A DNA stretch of 64,000 nt, taken from assembly GCA_020199775.1 (NCBI GenBank), contig JAIVJZ010000046.1, forward strand, positions 9,011 to 73,010, written 5' to 3'. Positions 25,653 to 35,653 of the stretch are shown one piece after another. The translations under genes were made by a program, and so were the position numbers. The notes below the pieces were generated by a model. The model saw only the letters and a list, made by a program, of their open reading frames with translations, made no database searches and was not told where the DNA came from. Numbering within the stretch: position 1 is the stretch's first letter; every line of letters begins with the position of its first letter. The stretch is from Acidobacteriota bacterium (GTDB lineage Bacteria; Acidobacteriota; Blastocatellia; Pyrinomonadales; Pyrinomonadaceae).

Positions 25653-27092
25653 TTGTCCGCTAGTTTCACACTGCCGCATATCCCCATCGAACAGTTCACG
25701 CTGGAGAACGGCCTGCGCGTCGTCCTGAGCGAAGACCACAGCGTCCCGGTCGTCTCGGTCTGCGTCTATTACGATGTCGGGTCGCGCAACGAACGCGAGG
25801 GGCGCACGGGCTTCGCGCACCTCTTCGAGCACATGATGTTTCAGGGCTCGGAGAACGTGCCGAAGGCCGCGCACTTCCAGTACATCTTCAACTCCGGCGG
25901 CACGATGAACGGCACGACCTCTTCGGAACGCACCAACTACTACGAGACGCTCCCGGCCGATCAACTCCCGCTCGCGCTCTGGCTGGAAAGCGACCGCATG
26001 CGCTCGTTGAAAGTCACGCAGGAAAATCTCGACAACCAGCGCAACGCCGTGCAGGAGGAGAAACGGCTCAACTACGACAACCGCCCCTACTCCAACGCCT
26101 TCCTGCGCCTCAACGAACTGATCTACCAAAACCCCGCCAACGCGCACTCGACCATCGGCTCGATGCAAGACCTCGACGACGCGACCATCGAAGACATACG
26201 CGAGTTCTTCCGCATCTACTACGCGCCGAACAACGCCGTGCTCGTCATCGTCGGCGACTTCGACCCGGCGGAGGCGGGCGCGCTCGTCGAGAAATATTTC
26301 GCCACCATCCCGCGCCAGCCCGCGCCGCCGGGAGTTGACGTGAGCGAGCCGTCGGAAGTGGCCGCGCCGTTCGAGACGTATCCCGATCCGTTCGCGCAGC
26401 TTCCCGCCCTGATGCTCGGCTGGAAAGCGCCCGCGCGCCGCACCCCGGACGCCTACGCCCTGACTCTCGCCAGCGAACTATTGCTCGAAGGCGAAAGCTC
26501 GCGGCTCTATCAAAAACTCGTGAAGGGCGACGAGTCGGTCATCGCCGTGCAGGGCAGCATCGGCGAGCGTCGCGGCCCTTCGTCGCTCTACGTCTTCGCC
26601 ATCCCGAAGCCCGGCCGCTCGACCGACGAGATTCGCCGCGCGATCAACGAAGAGATCGCGCGCCTCGCCGCCGAAGGACCGAGCGAGGAGGAGATGGAGA
26701 AACTGCGCAACTCGCTTTTGAACGACTCCGTGCGCGGGCGCCAGACGACCATGTATCGCGCGCAGAGGCTCGCCGAGTACACGCTCTACGACGGCGACCC
26801 GCACTTCGTCAACACGGAGGTCGAACGCTACCTCGCCGTCACGCCCGACGAGATCAAGGACGCCGTGGCGCGCTACATGCGCACGGATAATCACGCCGTC
26901 ATCGAGATCATCCCCGCGCCCGAAGGCACGCGGCAGGCCGAACCGGCGGCGGACGCTGCCGCCCCGCAACAGGAAGAGGAACAGCCCGGCGCGCCGCCGC
27001 CCCAGTTGCCCCCGCGCCCGTCCACGCCGGAACCCGCCCCCCCGACCGAAACGCCGGAGACGCCAATCGCTCGAGTGACGAGTGAAAAGTGA
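25653..27092 (+). CDS. M16 family (pitrilysin) zinc peptidase, catalytic subunit
   Basis: Inverted zinc motif HxxEH in GFAHLFEHMMFQGS. Downstream NGTTSSERTNYYE. Pro-rich C-terminal tail. Confidence 0.88.
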   Translation: MSASFTLPHIPIEQFTLENGLRVVLSEDHSVPVVSVCVYYDVGSRNEREGRTGFAHLFEHMMFQGSENVPKAAHFQYIFNSGGTMNGTTSSERTNYYETLPADQLPLALWLESDRMRSLKVTQENLDNQRNAVQEEKRLNYDNRPYSNAFLRLNELIYQNPANAHSTIGSMQDLDDATIEDIREFFRIYYAPNNAVLVIVGDFDPAEAGALVEKYFATIPRQPAPPGVDVSEPSEVAAPFETYPDPFAQLPALMLGWKAPARRTPDAYALTLASELLLEGESSRLYQKLVKGDESVIAVQGSIGERRGPSSLYVFAIPKPGRSTDEIRRAINEEIARLAAEGPSEEEMEKLRNSLLNDSVRGRQTTMYRAQRLAEYTLYDGDPHFVNTEVERYLAVTPDEIKDAVARYMRTDNHAVIEIIPAPEGTRQAEPAADAAAPQQEEEQPGAPPPQLPPRPSTPEPAPPTETPETPIARVTSEK

Positions 27093-27150
27093 CGTGTGAC
27101 AAGTTAAAACTCAGAATTCGTCTTCAACTCGTCACCTGTCACCTGTCACT
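27075..27150. repeat. Heptamer-armed hairpin, word GTGACGA/GTGACAG
   Basis: Left arm gtgacga gtgaaaa gtgacgt gtgacaa gttaaaa (27075-27109). Right arm ttcaact cgtcacc tgtcacc tgtcact (27124-27150). Contains the M16 stop (27090-27092). Confidence 0.82.
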
Positions 27151-27158
27151 GTTTTCTT

Positions 27159-28928
27159 ATGATGCCCGACAATCAACTCGAAACTTTTCGCCGCCAGCCG
27201 CCCGCGCCGCTCGCGCCGCGCCCTTTGAACCTGCCCACGCCGGAAGAGACGACGCTGGCGAACGGCTTGCGCGTCGTCTTGGTGGAGAACGCGCGGCTGC
27301 CGCTCGTCACCTACCGGCTCGCCCTCCGCACCGGCGACGCGCACGACCCGCCCGCCCTGCCCGGCCTGACCGACATCGTGACGAGCATGCTCAACGAGGG
27401 CACCGAGACGCGCACGAGCCGCCGGATCGCCGACGACGTGGCGCGCATCGGCGCGACGCTCGGCGCGGGCGCGAGTTCCGACAACACGACGGTCGCCGCT
27501 ACGGCCCTGTCGCAGTTCGACGATCAAATTCTGGACTTGATGGCCGACATCACGCTGCGCCCTTCGTTTCCCGAAGACGAGTTGGAGTTGACGAAGCAGA
27601 ACGCGCTCCAAAACTTGATCGCGCAACGCGGCCAGCCCTCCTTCCTCGCCAACGAACGGCTCGCGCGCGTCATGTACGGCGAACACCCTTACAGCGTCGT
27701 CTCGGCCACGCCCGAATCCATCGCCGCCATCTCGCGCGACGATCTCGTCCGCTTCCACCGCCGCCGCTTCATCCCGAACAACGCCGTGCTCGTCGTCGGC
27801 GGCGACATTCGACGCGCCGACGCGCTCCGGCGCATCGAAGAATTCTTCGGCGCGTGGCAGCCGGGCGAACCGGAGGCGGCCGCGTTTCCCGACCCGCCCG
27901 CCCGCGCGCGACGCACGCTCTATCTCGTGGATCGCCCCGGCTCGGCGCAGTCGAACATCATCATCGCCAACGCCGCCATCACGCGCACCGACCCCGACTA
28001 CTTCCCCGTGCTCGTCATGCACACCGTGCTCGGCGCGAACGCCTCCTCGCGCATCTTCATGAACCTGCGCGAAGACAAGGGCTACACCTACGGCGCATAC
28101 ACGAGCCTCGACGCGCGCCGCACGGCCGGGAGTTTTCGCGCCACGGCCGAAGTGCGCACGCCCGTCACGGGCGAGTCGCTCAAAGAATTTTTCTACGAAC
28201 TCGGGCGCATCCGTGAAGAACCCGTCACCGAGAAGGAACTGCTCGACGCGCAGAATTACCTGACGGGCATCTTCCCCATCCGTCTGGAAACGCTCGACGG
28301 TTTGATTGACCAGTTAATCCAGATCAAGATGCACGACCTGCCCGACGACTACCTGCAAACTTACCGCGAGCGCGTGAGCGCGGTGACGCGCGAACAGGTG
28401 CAGCGCGTCGCGCGCCGTTACGTCACGCCCGACATCGCGGCCATCGTCGTCGTCGGCGACGCGGACGCGCTCACGGATGAAATAAAAGGCTACGCCGAAG
28501 AGATGGAGATTTACGACAGCGCGGGTCAGCGCAAAGACACGCCGACGCCGGAGCGCGCGGCCGACGAAACTACAACTAACGGGAGTAATATGAGCAGCAC
28601 ATCGACAACGGGAGATCAGGCGGGATTCGTCGGGTCGTGGCAACTGGAGATCACTTCGCCCTTGGGGCCGCAGACGGCGACGCTCGTCGTGGACGAAGAG
28701 GGCGGCGCGTTACGCGGCCGGATGAGTTCGTCTTGGGGCGAAGCGCCTCTGGACACCATCACGCAGAGCGGCGACATCTTCGCCGCCGCCATCGCGCTCA
28801 AAATTCAGGGCATGGCGATTCAGGCCAACATCGAAGGCCGCCGCGAAGGCGACAACCTCAGCGGCACGATCCGCACCAACATGCCCATCGTCCCGCCGCT
28901 CATGTTTACGGGGCGGAAAATCAGTTAG
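27159..28928 (+). CDS. M16 family peptidase homologue lacking the HxxEH motif (probable non-catalytic partner), with an extra C-terminal domain of about 120 aa
   Basis: Homologous M16 fold (GLTDIVTSMLNEGT replaces HxxEH). After about residue 470 there is a Thr/Ser linker and a beta-rich segment GSWQLEITSPLGPQTATLVVDEEGGALRGRM... Confidence 0.82.
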   Translation: MMPDNQLETFRRQPPAPLAPRPLNLPTPEETTLANGLRVVLVENARLPLVTYRLALRTGDAHDPPALPGLTDIVTSMLNEGTETRTSRRIADDVARIGATLGAGASSDNTTVAATALSQFDDQILDLMADITLRPSFPEDELELTKQNALQNLIAQRGQPSFLANERLARVMYGEHPYSVVSATPESIAAISRDDLVRFHRRRFIPNNAVLVVGGDIRRADALRRIEEFFGAWQPGEPEAAAFPDPPARARRTLYLVDRPGSAQSNIIIANAAITRTDPDYFPVLVMHTVLGANASSRIFMNLREDKGYTYGAYTSLDARRTAGSFRATAEVRTPVTGESLKEFFYELGRIREEPVTEKELLDAQNYLTGIFPIRLETLDGLIDQLIQIKMHDLPDDYLQTYRERVSAVTREQVQRVARRYVTPDIAAIVVVGDADALTDEIKGYAEEMEIYDSAGQRKDTPTPERAADETTTNGSNMSSTSTTGDQAGFVGSWQLEITSPLGPQTATLVVDEEGGALRGRMSSSWGEAPLDTITQSGDIFAAAIALKIQGMAIQANIEGRREGDNLSGTIRTNMPIVPPLMFTGRKIS

Positions 28929-29054
28929 CCAGTAGCCGTCGGCCATCGGCCGTCAGCCATCAGCGGCGCGGTTCGCACCTAGGCTGCCTGAGTGTAGAGT
29001 TAATGAGGGGCAACTTAAAGCTGATTTGCTGACGGCTAACGGCTGACGGCTAAA
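28924..29054. repeat. Heptamer-armed hairpin, word GTCAGCC family
   Basis: Left arm gttagcc agtagcc gtcggcc atcggcc gtcagcc atcagc (28924-28964). Right arm gctgatt tgctgac ggctaac ggctgac ggctaaa (29020-29054). The left arm contains the M16B stop (28926-28928). Confidence 0.8.
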
Positions 29055-29055
29055 C

Positions 29056-29093
29056 AAAAAAAACCGCCCGGTGTGTGCTCTCACACCGGGCGG
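29056..29093 (-). terminator. Canonical intrinsic terminator oriented for the minus strand, with no annotated minus-strand gene upstream of it
   Basis: Plus strand A8 + ccgcccggtgtg tgctct cacaccgggcgg. On the minus strand this is a 12-bp GC stem followed by T8. Confidence 0.65.
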
Positions 29094-29265
29094 AAACCAC
29101 AGGAGAATTGCCCAACTTTGCGAATCGCCCCACGGCGATTCATTGGGTCATTGCTATGCTCGCCAAATCTGATGCGCGGGCGCGGGCGGCAGGTTGCCCC
29201 CGATTTTTCCGACCCCGCCCCGGCTCGGTTTAAGCGCCTTCAGCGTTTTCACTTGGAGACGAAAA

Positions 29266-31278
29266 ATGCGAAAACTCTTATTACTCACGGCCGCGCTCGC
29301 CTTAACTTCCGCCGCCTGCGTGCAACAGACGCCGCAGACGGCGCAGCAGAACACGAATCAGGCGCAGGCCGCCGACGGCAGCGGCGACCAGAATTTCAAG
29401 CGGATTCACGACGCCTACGTGCGCGACTTCCTGCGCCGCAACCCGACCGTTAACACCTACCTCGGCGGCGCGGGACTCGACCCGGCCTTGCGCGAAGCGG
29501 ACGGCCAACTGCGCGATCATTCCGCCGCCGCCATCGAAGCGGAAGACCGCTGGCTCGCCGACACGCAAAAATCGCTCGAAGCGGTCGCCCCGGATACGCT
29601 CTCGGCCACCCTACGCATCGACCGCGAAGTCGCGCTCGCGCAAATCCGCTTCCTGCTCCGCCAGCACCAGACGCGCAAGTACCAGCAGCGCGCGCTCGAC
29701 ACCTACACCGACGAACCCTTCCGCGCCATCGACTGGCAACTGCAAGGCATGACGCAGACGGGCGAGAAAACTTACGGCACGCCCGAAGAGTGGTCGCTCG
29801 TCGTCAAACGTTTGCAGGCCGTGCCGCGTTATTTTCAGGTGGCGCAGGAACAGTTGGCCGCCGGGGTGAAATCCGGCAACACGCCCGACCACCGCATGCT
29901 GCTGCGCAACGGCATCACGACGGCCGAATCGACCGCCAAGTATTTCGAGAAGACTCTGCCCGGCCTCGCCGCCGAGCGCATCGCGCAGGGCGCGGGGCGC
30001 GACGAACAGTTGAAACAATTGAACGAAGCGGCGCAGGGCGCGGCGGGCGCGTATCGCGCCTTGCGTGATTACGTCGCACAGAATTTCTTCGACAACGCGA
30101 GCCAACCGACCGCCGCCAACGTTAAAACTCAGTTTCGCCAAGACCGCTTCGCGATGGGCGAGGACGAGTACAACTGGGCGCTCAAGAACAACCTGCGCAT
30201 GCCGGACGCGACCGCCGGGCAACTCTTCGACGAGTCGATGGCGATTGTGAACGCGACGCAGGCTGAGATGGTCACGCTCGCGCGAGAGATCGGGCGGCGG
30301 AAGACGATGGAGTTGCCGGAAGAGGGTCACGCCGCCGTGCTCGCCGTCTTCGACGAACTCGGCAAGGATTATCCGAAGTCGGATGCGGAGATGGTCAAGT
30401 GGTACGAAGAGGCCGCCTTCCGGCTCGTCGAATACGGGCGCAAGTCGGGCGTCTTCGACGTGCCCGCCGATTACAAGTTGGACGTGGTCGAGACGCCGCC
30501 CCCCTTGCGCGCCTCGATTGACGGCGCGGCCTATTACCCCGCGCCGCCCTTCAAGACGAGCGGCGTCGGACGCTTCTACGTCACCACCTCCGGCTCGAAC
30601 GACGAGGCCGTGCTCAAAGAGAACAACCGCGCCTCGCTCGCAGACCTCGCCGCGCACGAAGGCTTCCCCGGCCACGACTGGCACTACAAGGTGATGACGC
30701 AATACCGCGACCGGATCGCGCCCGCGCGCTGGCTCACGCCCGGCGCGGTCGAAGACTCGTCCTCGATGTGGCAGGATTCGATGGCCGCCGAAGGCTGGGG
30801 GCTTTACTCCGAAGCCCTCATGGCCGAGCCGCAACCCGGCTTCCCCACGGGCTTCTACTCGCCCGAGGAACGGCTCTACCAACTCAAAGGCAAACTCTAC
30901 CGCGACCTGCGCGTCCGCATCGACACCGGCATTCACACCGGGCGCATGTCTTACGACGACGCCGTCGATCTCTTCTCGCAGGTGGTGGACTTCCAGCCCG
31001 GATCATGCCGCGACGCGGCGGCGACGGCGAAACCGGCCAAGCGCGCCAGTTGCGACTCGGCCGAACGCGCCATCTTCCGCTATTCCAAGTGGCCGACGCA
31101 AGCCATCACCTACCGCCTCGGCAAAGATCAAATCTTCGCCCTGCGCAAAGACGCCGCCGGGATCGCGGGCGACCGCTTCTCGCCCAGAGACTTTCACGTC
31201 CTCTTCATGCAGCAGGGCACGATCCCCGTCGGCTACTTCCGCGAAGAGTTGCTCAAGGAGTTGCAAGCGAAGAAATGA
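29266..31278 (+). CDS. DUF885 family lipoprotein
   Basis: ATG 29266 gives the lipobox MRKLLLLTAALALTSAAC. HEGFPGHDWH and EGWGLYSE motifs are typical of DUF885. Confidence 0.8.
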   Translation: MRKLLLLTAALALTSAACVQQTPQTAQQNTNQAQAADGSGDQNFKRIHDAYVRDFLRRNPTVNTYLGGAGLDPALREADGQLRDHSAAAIEAEDRWLADTQKSLEAVAPDTLSATLRIDREVALAQIRFLLRQHQTRKYQQRALDTYTDEPFRAIDWQLQGMTQTGEKTYGTPEEWSLVVKRLQAVPRYFQVAQEQLAAGVKSGNTPDHRMLLRNGITTAESTAKYFEKTLPGLAAERIAQGAGRDEQLKQLNEAAQGAAGAYRALRDYVAQNFFDNASQPTAANVKTQFRQDRFAMGEDEYNWALKNNLRMPDATAGQLFDESMAIVNATQAEMVTLAREIGRRKTMELPEEGHAAVLAVFDELGKDYPKSDAEMVKWYEEAAFRLVEYGRKSGVFDVPADYKLDVVETPPPLRASIDGAAYYPAPPFKTSGVGRFYVTTSGSNDEAVLKENNRASLADLAAHEGFPGHDWHYKVMTQYRDRIAPARWLTPGAVEDSSSMWQDSMAAEGWGLYSEALMAEPQPGFPTGFYSPEERLYQLKGKLYRDLRVRIDTGIHTGRMSYDDAVDLFSQVVDFQPGSCRDAAATAKPAKRASCDSAERAIFRYSKWPTQAITYRLGKDQIFALRKDAAGIAGDRFSPRDFHVLFMQQGTIPVGYFREELLKELQAKK

Positions 31279-31384
31279 GCGGCGGGAAATTCGGCGGCGG
31301 GAGATTCAAACGCGAAGGGCGCAGAGGAAACAACCTCCGCGCCCTTCGCGTTTCGGCGCGGTTAAATTCTTGTCCCGGAAATAA

Positions 31385-31867
31385 TCATTCGTCCGCGACG
31401 AAGATTTGTCGCAGATGATTCTTCAAGTGCCCGATGTAATCGAGCATCAGGTATTCGAGCGTCGCCGGTTGGCTCACGTCAACCGTCCGCCAAGCGATCC
31501 TGTCGAGCGAATGTTCGGCGCGCGGCCGCCGCAAAGTTTCCTCCGGCGCGCAGGCCATGACGTGGAGCAGGTGCAGGTTGTAATTCTTCCAGAGTTCGAC
31601 CAGCAGCGGCCACGACTCTTCGTTGTAACGTTGCGCCCGCACCCACGCCTCCTGCTCGTAGCCGTCGAAGACGAGATCGTCCGTGGATTGCGCGCGGACG
31701 AACCGCCCGTGATTGTTCGCCGCCGAGTCTATCAGGTGCCCGATGATCTCTTTCGGCGTCCACGCTCCGGCCGCGCGCGACGTTCGCGCTTCCGCCTCGC
31801 CGAGCGCGTGCAGCCGCGCGGCCGCCGTTTCAATCGTCCGCCGGAAATCTTCGAGCGCGTCTTTCAT
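31385..31867 (-). CDS. DinB family protein
   Basis: WTPKEIIGHLIDSAANNHGRF...LDYIGHLKNHLRQI carries the His triad pattern of the DinB/DinB_2 fold. Confidence 0.78.
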   Translation of the reverse strand: MKDALEDFRRTIETAAARLHALGEAEARTSRAAGAWTPKEIIGHLIDSAANNHGRFVRAQSTDDLVFDGYEQEAWVRAQRYNEESWPLLVELWKNYNLHLLHVMACAPEETLRRPRAEHSLDRIAWRTVDVSQPATLEYLMLDYIGHLKNHLRQIFVADE

Positions 31868-31940
31868 CCACGTCGCCCCGCGCGTTTCGCCAGCCTTAAG
31901 CTTTCATGCATATCTCGTCGTTTCCTCTCAACACTCGCTC

Positions 31941-32975
31941 TCAACGCGCGTACTGCAAGACCATGCCGTCGCCGCCGACGGCCCAGTTCTCTTTTTTGCC
32001 GACGAAGAGGGCGTAGAGATGTTGCTTCGTGCCGCTCTCCTGCTGCACCCATATGCGCCCGCCGTCGTCGGAGCGCAGGATACGGCCGCCGCGCCCGACG
32101 ATCCAGCCATGTTCCTTGCCCGCGAATTGGACGCTCAAAAACGTCATGCGCGGCTGGAGCCCCGGCACGACGACCGCCGTCCACGTCTCGCCGCCGTTCG
32201 TGGTGCGTAAGATCGTCGCGCGCTCGCCGACCGCCCACCCGTGGTCGTCGTCAACGAAATGCACGTGATACAGCGTCGCGTTCGTTCCCGTGCGCTGGCG
32301 CGACCAATTCAAACCGCCGTCGATGGTCGAGAGGATGGTGCCTTTATCTCCGGCGATCCAGCCGCGTCTGTCGTCCGCGAAGTCGAGGTGAATCAACTCG
32401 TCGCGCGAAGGGACGAGTTGCGCGCGCCACGTCGCGCCCGCGTCGTCCGTGTGCAGCACGAGGCTGTCCGTGACGACATCGCGGCGACTGACCGAACCGA
32501 CGATCCAACCCTTCTTCTTGCTCGCGAAGCGCACGCTGTAGAGTTCGGGCATGCCGCTGAAATCCGCCGGGCTGAAACGACGCGCCTCGCGCCACGTGCG
32601 CCCGCCGTCTTCGGTGAAGTGGATGGCGTTGCCCGCGACGAGGTAGCCGTCCTCTTTGTTGTGGAAGTAGAGATCGTTGATCTGGTCGTTCGTGCCGACC
32701 GCCTGCCTGAGCCACGTGCGCCCGCCGTCTTCGGTGCGATAGATGAGGCCGCCGTCGCCCGCCATCCAGCCGCGTTTGCCGTCCGTGAAATAGACGGTGT
32801 TCAAATCCTTGCCCGCCGCGCCGTGCCGCGTGCTCGTCCACCCCTCGCCCTGCTGCGGCTGCTGTGCGCCCGCGGGCGCGAACGCCAGCGCAACGACGAA
32901 CAAGCACGACGCCAGAACAGGCGACGCGCCCGCCCACGTCCGCCGCAGTCGGCGCACGACTTTCTCGCCATTCAT
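31941..32975 (-). CDS. BNR/Ycf48-like beta-propeller repeat protein (secreted)
   Basis: Signal peptide, then repeated units ...GWxxGxxGxIxxTxDGGxxW... about seven times (e.g. GWMAGDGGLIYRTEDGGRTW, GWIAGDKGTILSTIDGGLNW). Confidence 0.75.
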   Translation of the reverse strand: MNGEKVVRRLRRTWAGASPVLASCLFVVALAFAPAGAQQPQQGEGWTSTRHGAAGKDLNTVYFTDGKRGWMAGDGGLIYRTEDGGRTWLRQAVGTNDQINDLYFHNKEDGYLVAGNAIHFTEDGGRTWREARRFSPADFSGMPELYSVRFASKKKGWIVGSVSRRDVVTDSLVLHTDDAGATWRAQLVPSRDELIHLDFADDRRGWIAGDKGTILSTIDGGLNWSRQRTGTNATLYHVHFVDDDHGWAVGERATILRTTNGGETWTAVVVPGLQPRMTFLSVQFAGKEHGWIVGRGGRILRSDDGGRIWVQQESGTKQHLYALFVGKKENWAVGGDGMVLQYAR

Positions 32976-33090
32976 ACGACAGTTTTCTCCGAACGCAGTT
33001 TGATGATAGCGACCGCCCCGGCTCGATGTTTCGGTGAGAGGCTTTTGTTTTACACGAACCGGGGGCTGCGAGACAAGGCCGCGGGCAGGC

Positions 33091-33200
33091 GGAAGGTTAA
33101 AGGGCGAAGTGGAAGGGGAAAGGAAAAGAAAACACGCTCAACCGACCGAGTGCTTTCCTTCGCCTTTCCCCTTTCCCCCTTACCCTTTGACCCTTTCCCC
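33091..33200. repeat. Heptamer-armed hairpin, GGGGAAA/GGGTAAA family
   Basis: ggaaggttaaagggcgaagtggaaggggaaaggaaaagaaaac ... ctttccttcgcctttcccctttcccccttaccctttgaccctttcccc. Ends 5 nt before the VIT-VWA stop (33206). Confidence 0.75.
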
Positions 33201-33205
33201 ATTTC

Positions 33206-35548
33206 TTAGGGCGCGGCGTTGACGCGGTAGACATGTCCTTTATAGACGACCACCACGCGCTCGCCGAGGGCGAAGAATTCGGCCAGTTTGCGCTCGCGTT
33301 TGAGCAGTTCAAAGTAGGCGTCGCTGCCGAACACGAGTGTCGTCTCCGGCAGGCTCGCGCCCGCCTTGAAGTCCGCGTCCGTCCACACGCCGTCGCGCAG
33401 GTAGAACGTCTTGCCCGCGACCTTGCGCATCACGCCCGACGCCACCTTCATAGCCTCATCATCCTCGTCGGCGCGCAGGGATTCCTGACGCGCTCGCTCG
33501 CGCTTGCTGTCCTTGACGGCCGCCGCGCCCGTCGTCGGCATGGGAGCCGGTGCGGGCGTCGCCATGGGTATCGGCGGCGCGGATTCGATCACGGGCGCGC
33601 TCGCCCCGGGCGCGCCGCCGCCCGCGCCACCCACGCCGGAGCGAGATTTCGTTCTGCTCGGAAGGTTTCTGGCCTGTCTCGATAGCACCGGCCCGTTCCG
33701 CGGCGAGACGGTTTGCAGGGACGAGTCCGACGTGATCGTCCGTCCGTCCGTCACCACCGTGCCGGGTTCGAGCGCGAGGTAGGAGGTGTAAGGCGTGACG
33801 ATGCCGTAGCGCGTGCCGAGGTCAACCACTTCGTCGCGCAACTCGCGCGCCTCGCCGTTCGAGCGAATCTGCTCCATCAGCCAGCCGACGCGCCGCGTCG
33901 CCCACAGGCGCGGCAGAAAATCGTTCTCGTCCGAGTTGGAGGGGAAGCGCAAATTCTCGTAGGCGAAACTGCGCCGCTCGCGTGTGCTTCGCCCCGACAG
34001 CCGCAGGCTCACGTCGCGCAGATCGCCCGCGTTGCGGTAGCGGCCGATGAGCGTCACCTGCGCGCCGCGAAAGAGATCGGGCAGCGCGCGCGGGTAGACG
34101 AGATCGGTTTCGACGCCGCCCATGTCGAGGGCGAGATCGGTGAGCACGGGGTAACTGACTTTGGCGAAGAAGTTCGAGACCTTCAACTCCAAGTCTTCTT
34201 TCGGTTCGACGTAATCGGACGTGCCGCCGTTCTCGCTCGCGAGTTTGTCGAGCAGCGCAGTGTTCACGTCGTAGCCGACGCCGAACGTAAACAGGCGCGT
34301 GTTCCCGGCGCGCGCCGCGCGCGCGTTCTCGACGATCCGTTGCGGGTTCGTTACGCCGACGGTCGGCAGGCCGTCCGTCATGAAGACGAGCATTTTGGGC
34401 CGGTCGCTCGTGTCGAACTGTTTGAGCCCGGCCTGCAACGCGCCGTTGATGTTCGTCCCCCCCGTCGGCTGCAACTTCCCTACGAACTCGATGCCGCGCG
34501 CCCGCCCGCGTTCGTCCGCTTGGATCAGGCTGCCCTCCATCAAACGCTCCTCGCCCGCGAACGAGATGACGTTGAAGCGGTCGTCCGGGCGCAGGGTCTT
34601 CACGCCGAACAGCATCGCGGCGCGCGCCTTCTCCATCTTCCCTTCCTCGGCCATCGAGCCGGAGGTGTCGATCACGAAGACGATGTCTTTCGCCGTGTAC
34701 TCGCTCTCCGCCCAATTGTCTTTCGGCGAAATCATCAGGAGGAAATAACCGTCCTTGCCCGGCTCGCGGTGTGTCAGAAGCGACATCCCGAAGTCGTCGC
34801 TCGACAGCGTGTAGAAGAGTTGAAAGTCCTGCGGCTCGCGCGCGGCGGCGACCGTCTCGAAGGAGACGCGCGCGCGCTGCCCGCCCTGCGACGGGCGCAC
34901 GTCAACGGCGTGGCTCGGCGAGTAGATGTTGCGCAGCGGCTTGTTGCCCTCGATTTCGAGCGCGCCCGATACACGCCCGATTGAGGCGAGGTTGTGGTTC
35001 GTGCCGAGCGGGTAGCGATAGGAGACCGTGCCCGACTGCGCCTTGAGCACCTGCGTGTAGGTCAATTCCAACTTCTTGTCCGAGCGCGGCGGGATGGGGA
35101 AGATGCTGGCCTGAAACAAATCTTTCCCGGCGTATTCCAAGAGGCCGGGGTCGCGTTGCTTGCGCACGATCTCGTCGTAGATGCGCCGCGCCTCCTCGCG
35201 CGAGCGCACTTCGCCGACGAGGCGGCGGTCGCCGTCCCAGATGGCAAACTCGGAAACGGAGGCCGTCTCCGGGATGGGGAAAAAGTAAGTGCCTTCGAGC
35301 GTCGCGTCCGAGTCGTTGCGGAAGATTTGTTCGACGTGCGTCGTCGCCACCTGCGCGTTGATCTTCGTGTCGAGTTTGATCGACTTGACGGGCAGCGCGG
35401 GCGGCAACTGCGCCGGGCGCGGCGGGCGCGGGCACGTCTCGCACGGGCGCGGCACGATAATGCCCTGCGCATAAGTCAGACCGGCGTTGAGAGACAGGAA
35501 AATCAGGACGTTGAAGAAGATGCAGGCGGCAATTTGTCGGCAGCGCAT
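33206..35548 (-). CDS. VIT (vault inter-alpha-trypsin) + von Willebrand factor A domain protein, secreted
   Basis: ATG 35548 (aggaga upstream) gives a signal peptide. VIT-like N-terminus (ATTHVEQIFRNDSDATLEGTYFFPIP). VWA MIDAS DxSxS in VFVIDTSGSM and FMTDGLPT. Confidence 0.85.
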   Translation of the reverse strand: MRCRQIAACIFFNVLIFLSLNAGLTYAQGIIVPRPCETCPRPPRPAQLPPALPVKSIKLDTKINAQVATTHVEQIFRNDSDATLEGTYFFPIPETASVSEFAIWDGDRRLVGEVRSREEARRIYDEIVRKQRDPGLLEYAGKDLFQASIFPIPPRSDKKLELTYTQVLKAQSGTVSYRYPLGTNHNLASIGRVSGALEIEGNKPLRNIYSPSHAVDVRPSQGGQRARVSFETVAAAREPQDFQLFYTLSSDDFGMSLLTHREPGKDGYFLLMISPKDNWAESEYTAKDIVFVIDTSGSMAEEGKMEKARAAMLFGVKTLRPDDRFNVISFAGEERLMEGSLIQADERGRARGIEFVGKLQPTGGTNINGALQAGLKQFDTSDRPKMLVFMTDGLPTVGVTNPQRIVENARAARAGNTRLFTFGVGYDVNTALLDKLASENGGTSDYVEPKEDLELKVSNFFAKVSYPVLTDLALDMGGVETDLVYPRALPDLFRGAQVTLIGRYRNAGDLRDVSLRLSGRSTRERRSFAYENLRFPSNSDENDFLPRLWATRRVGWLMEQIRSNGEARELRDEVVDLGTRYGIVTPYTSYLALEPGTVVTDGRTITSDSSLQTVSPRNGPVLSRQARNLPSRTKSRSGVGGAGGGAPGASAPVIESAPPIPMATPAPAPMPTTGAAAVKDSKRERARQESLRADEDDEAMKVASGVMRKVAGKTFYLRDGVWTDADFKAGASLPETTLVFGSDAYFELLKRERKLAEFFALGERVVVVYKGHVYRVNAAP

Positions 35549-35653
35549 AAGGGGTCTCCTCGGAAATTCAATTTGACGGGCGGGCACAATATCGGCCGCT
35601 CTCGTCTACTAGAACGGCGGCGCGAGGGTTTCTTGCGGAGAGAAGGTTAAAAG

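Noticed and set aside
29154-29354. 66-aa minus-strand ORF as the gene served by the orphan terminator
   Set aside because: It overlaps the DUF885 start and signal-peptide coding region, has Cys/Ala-rich nonsense-like sequence, and has no RBS. A non-coding transcript is the more economical hypothesis.
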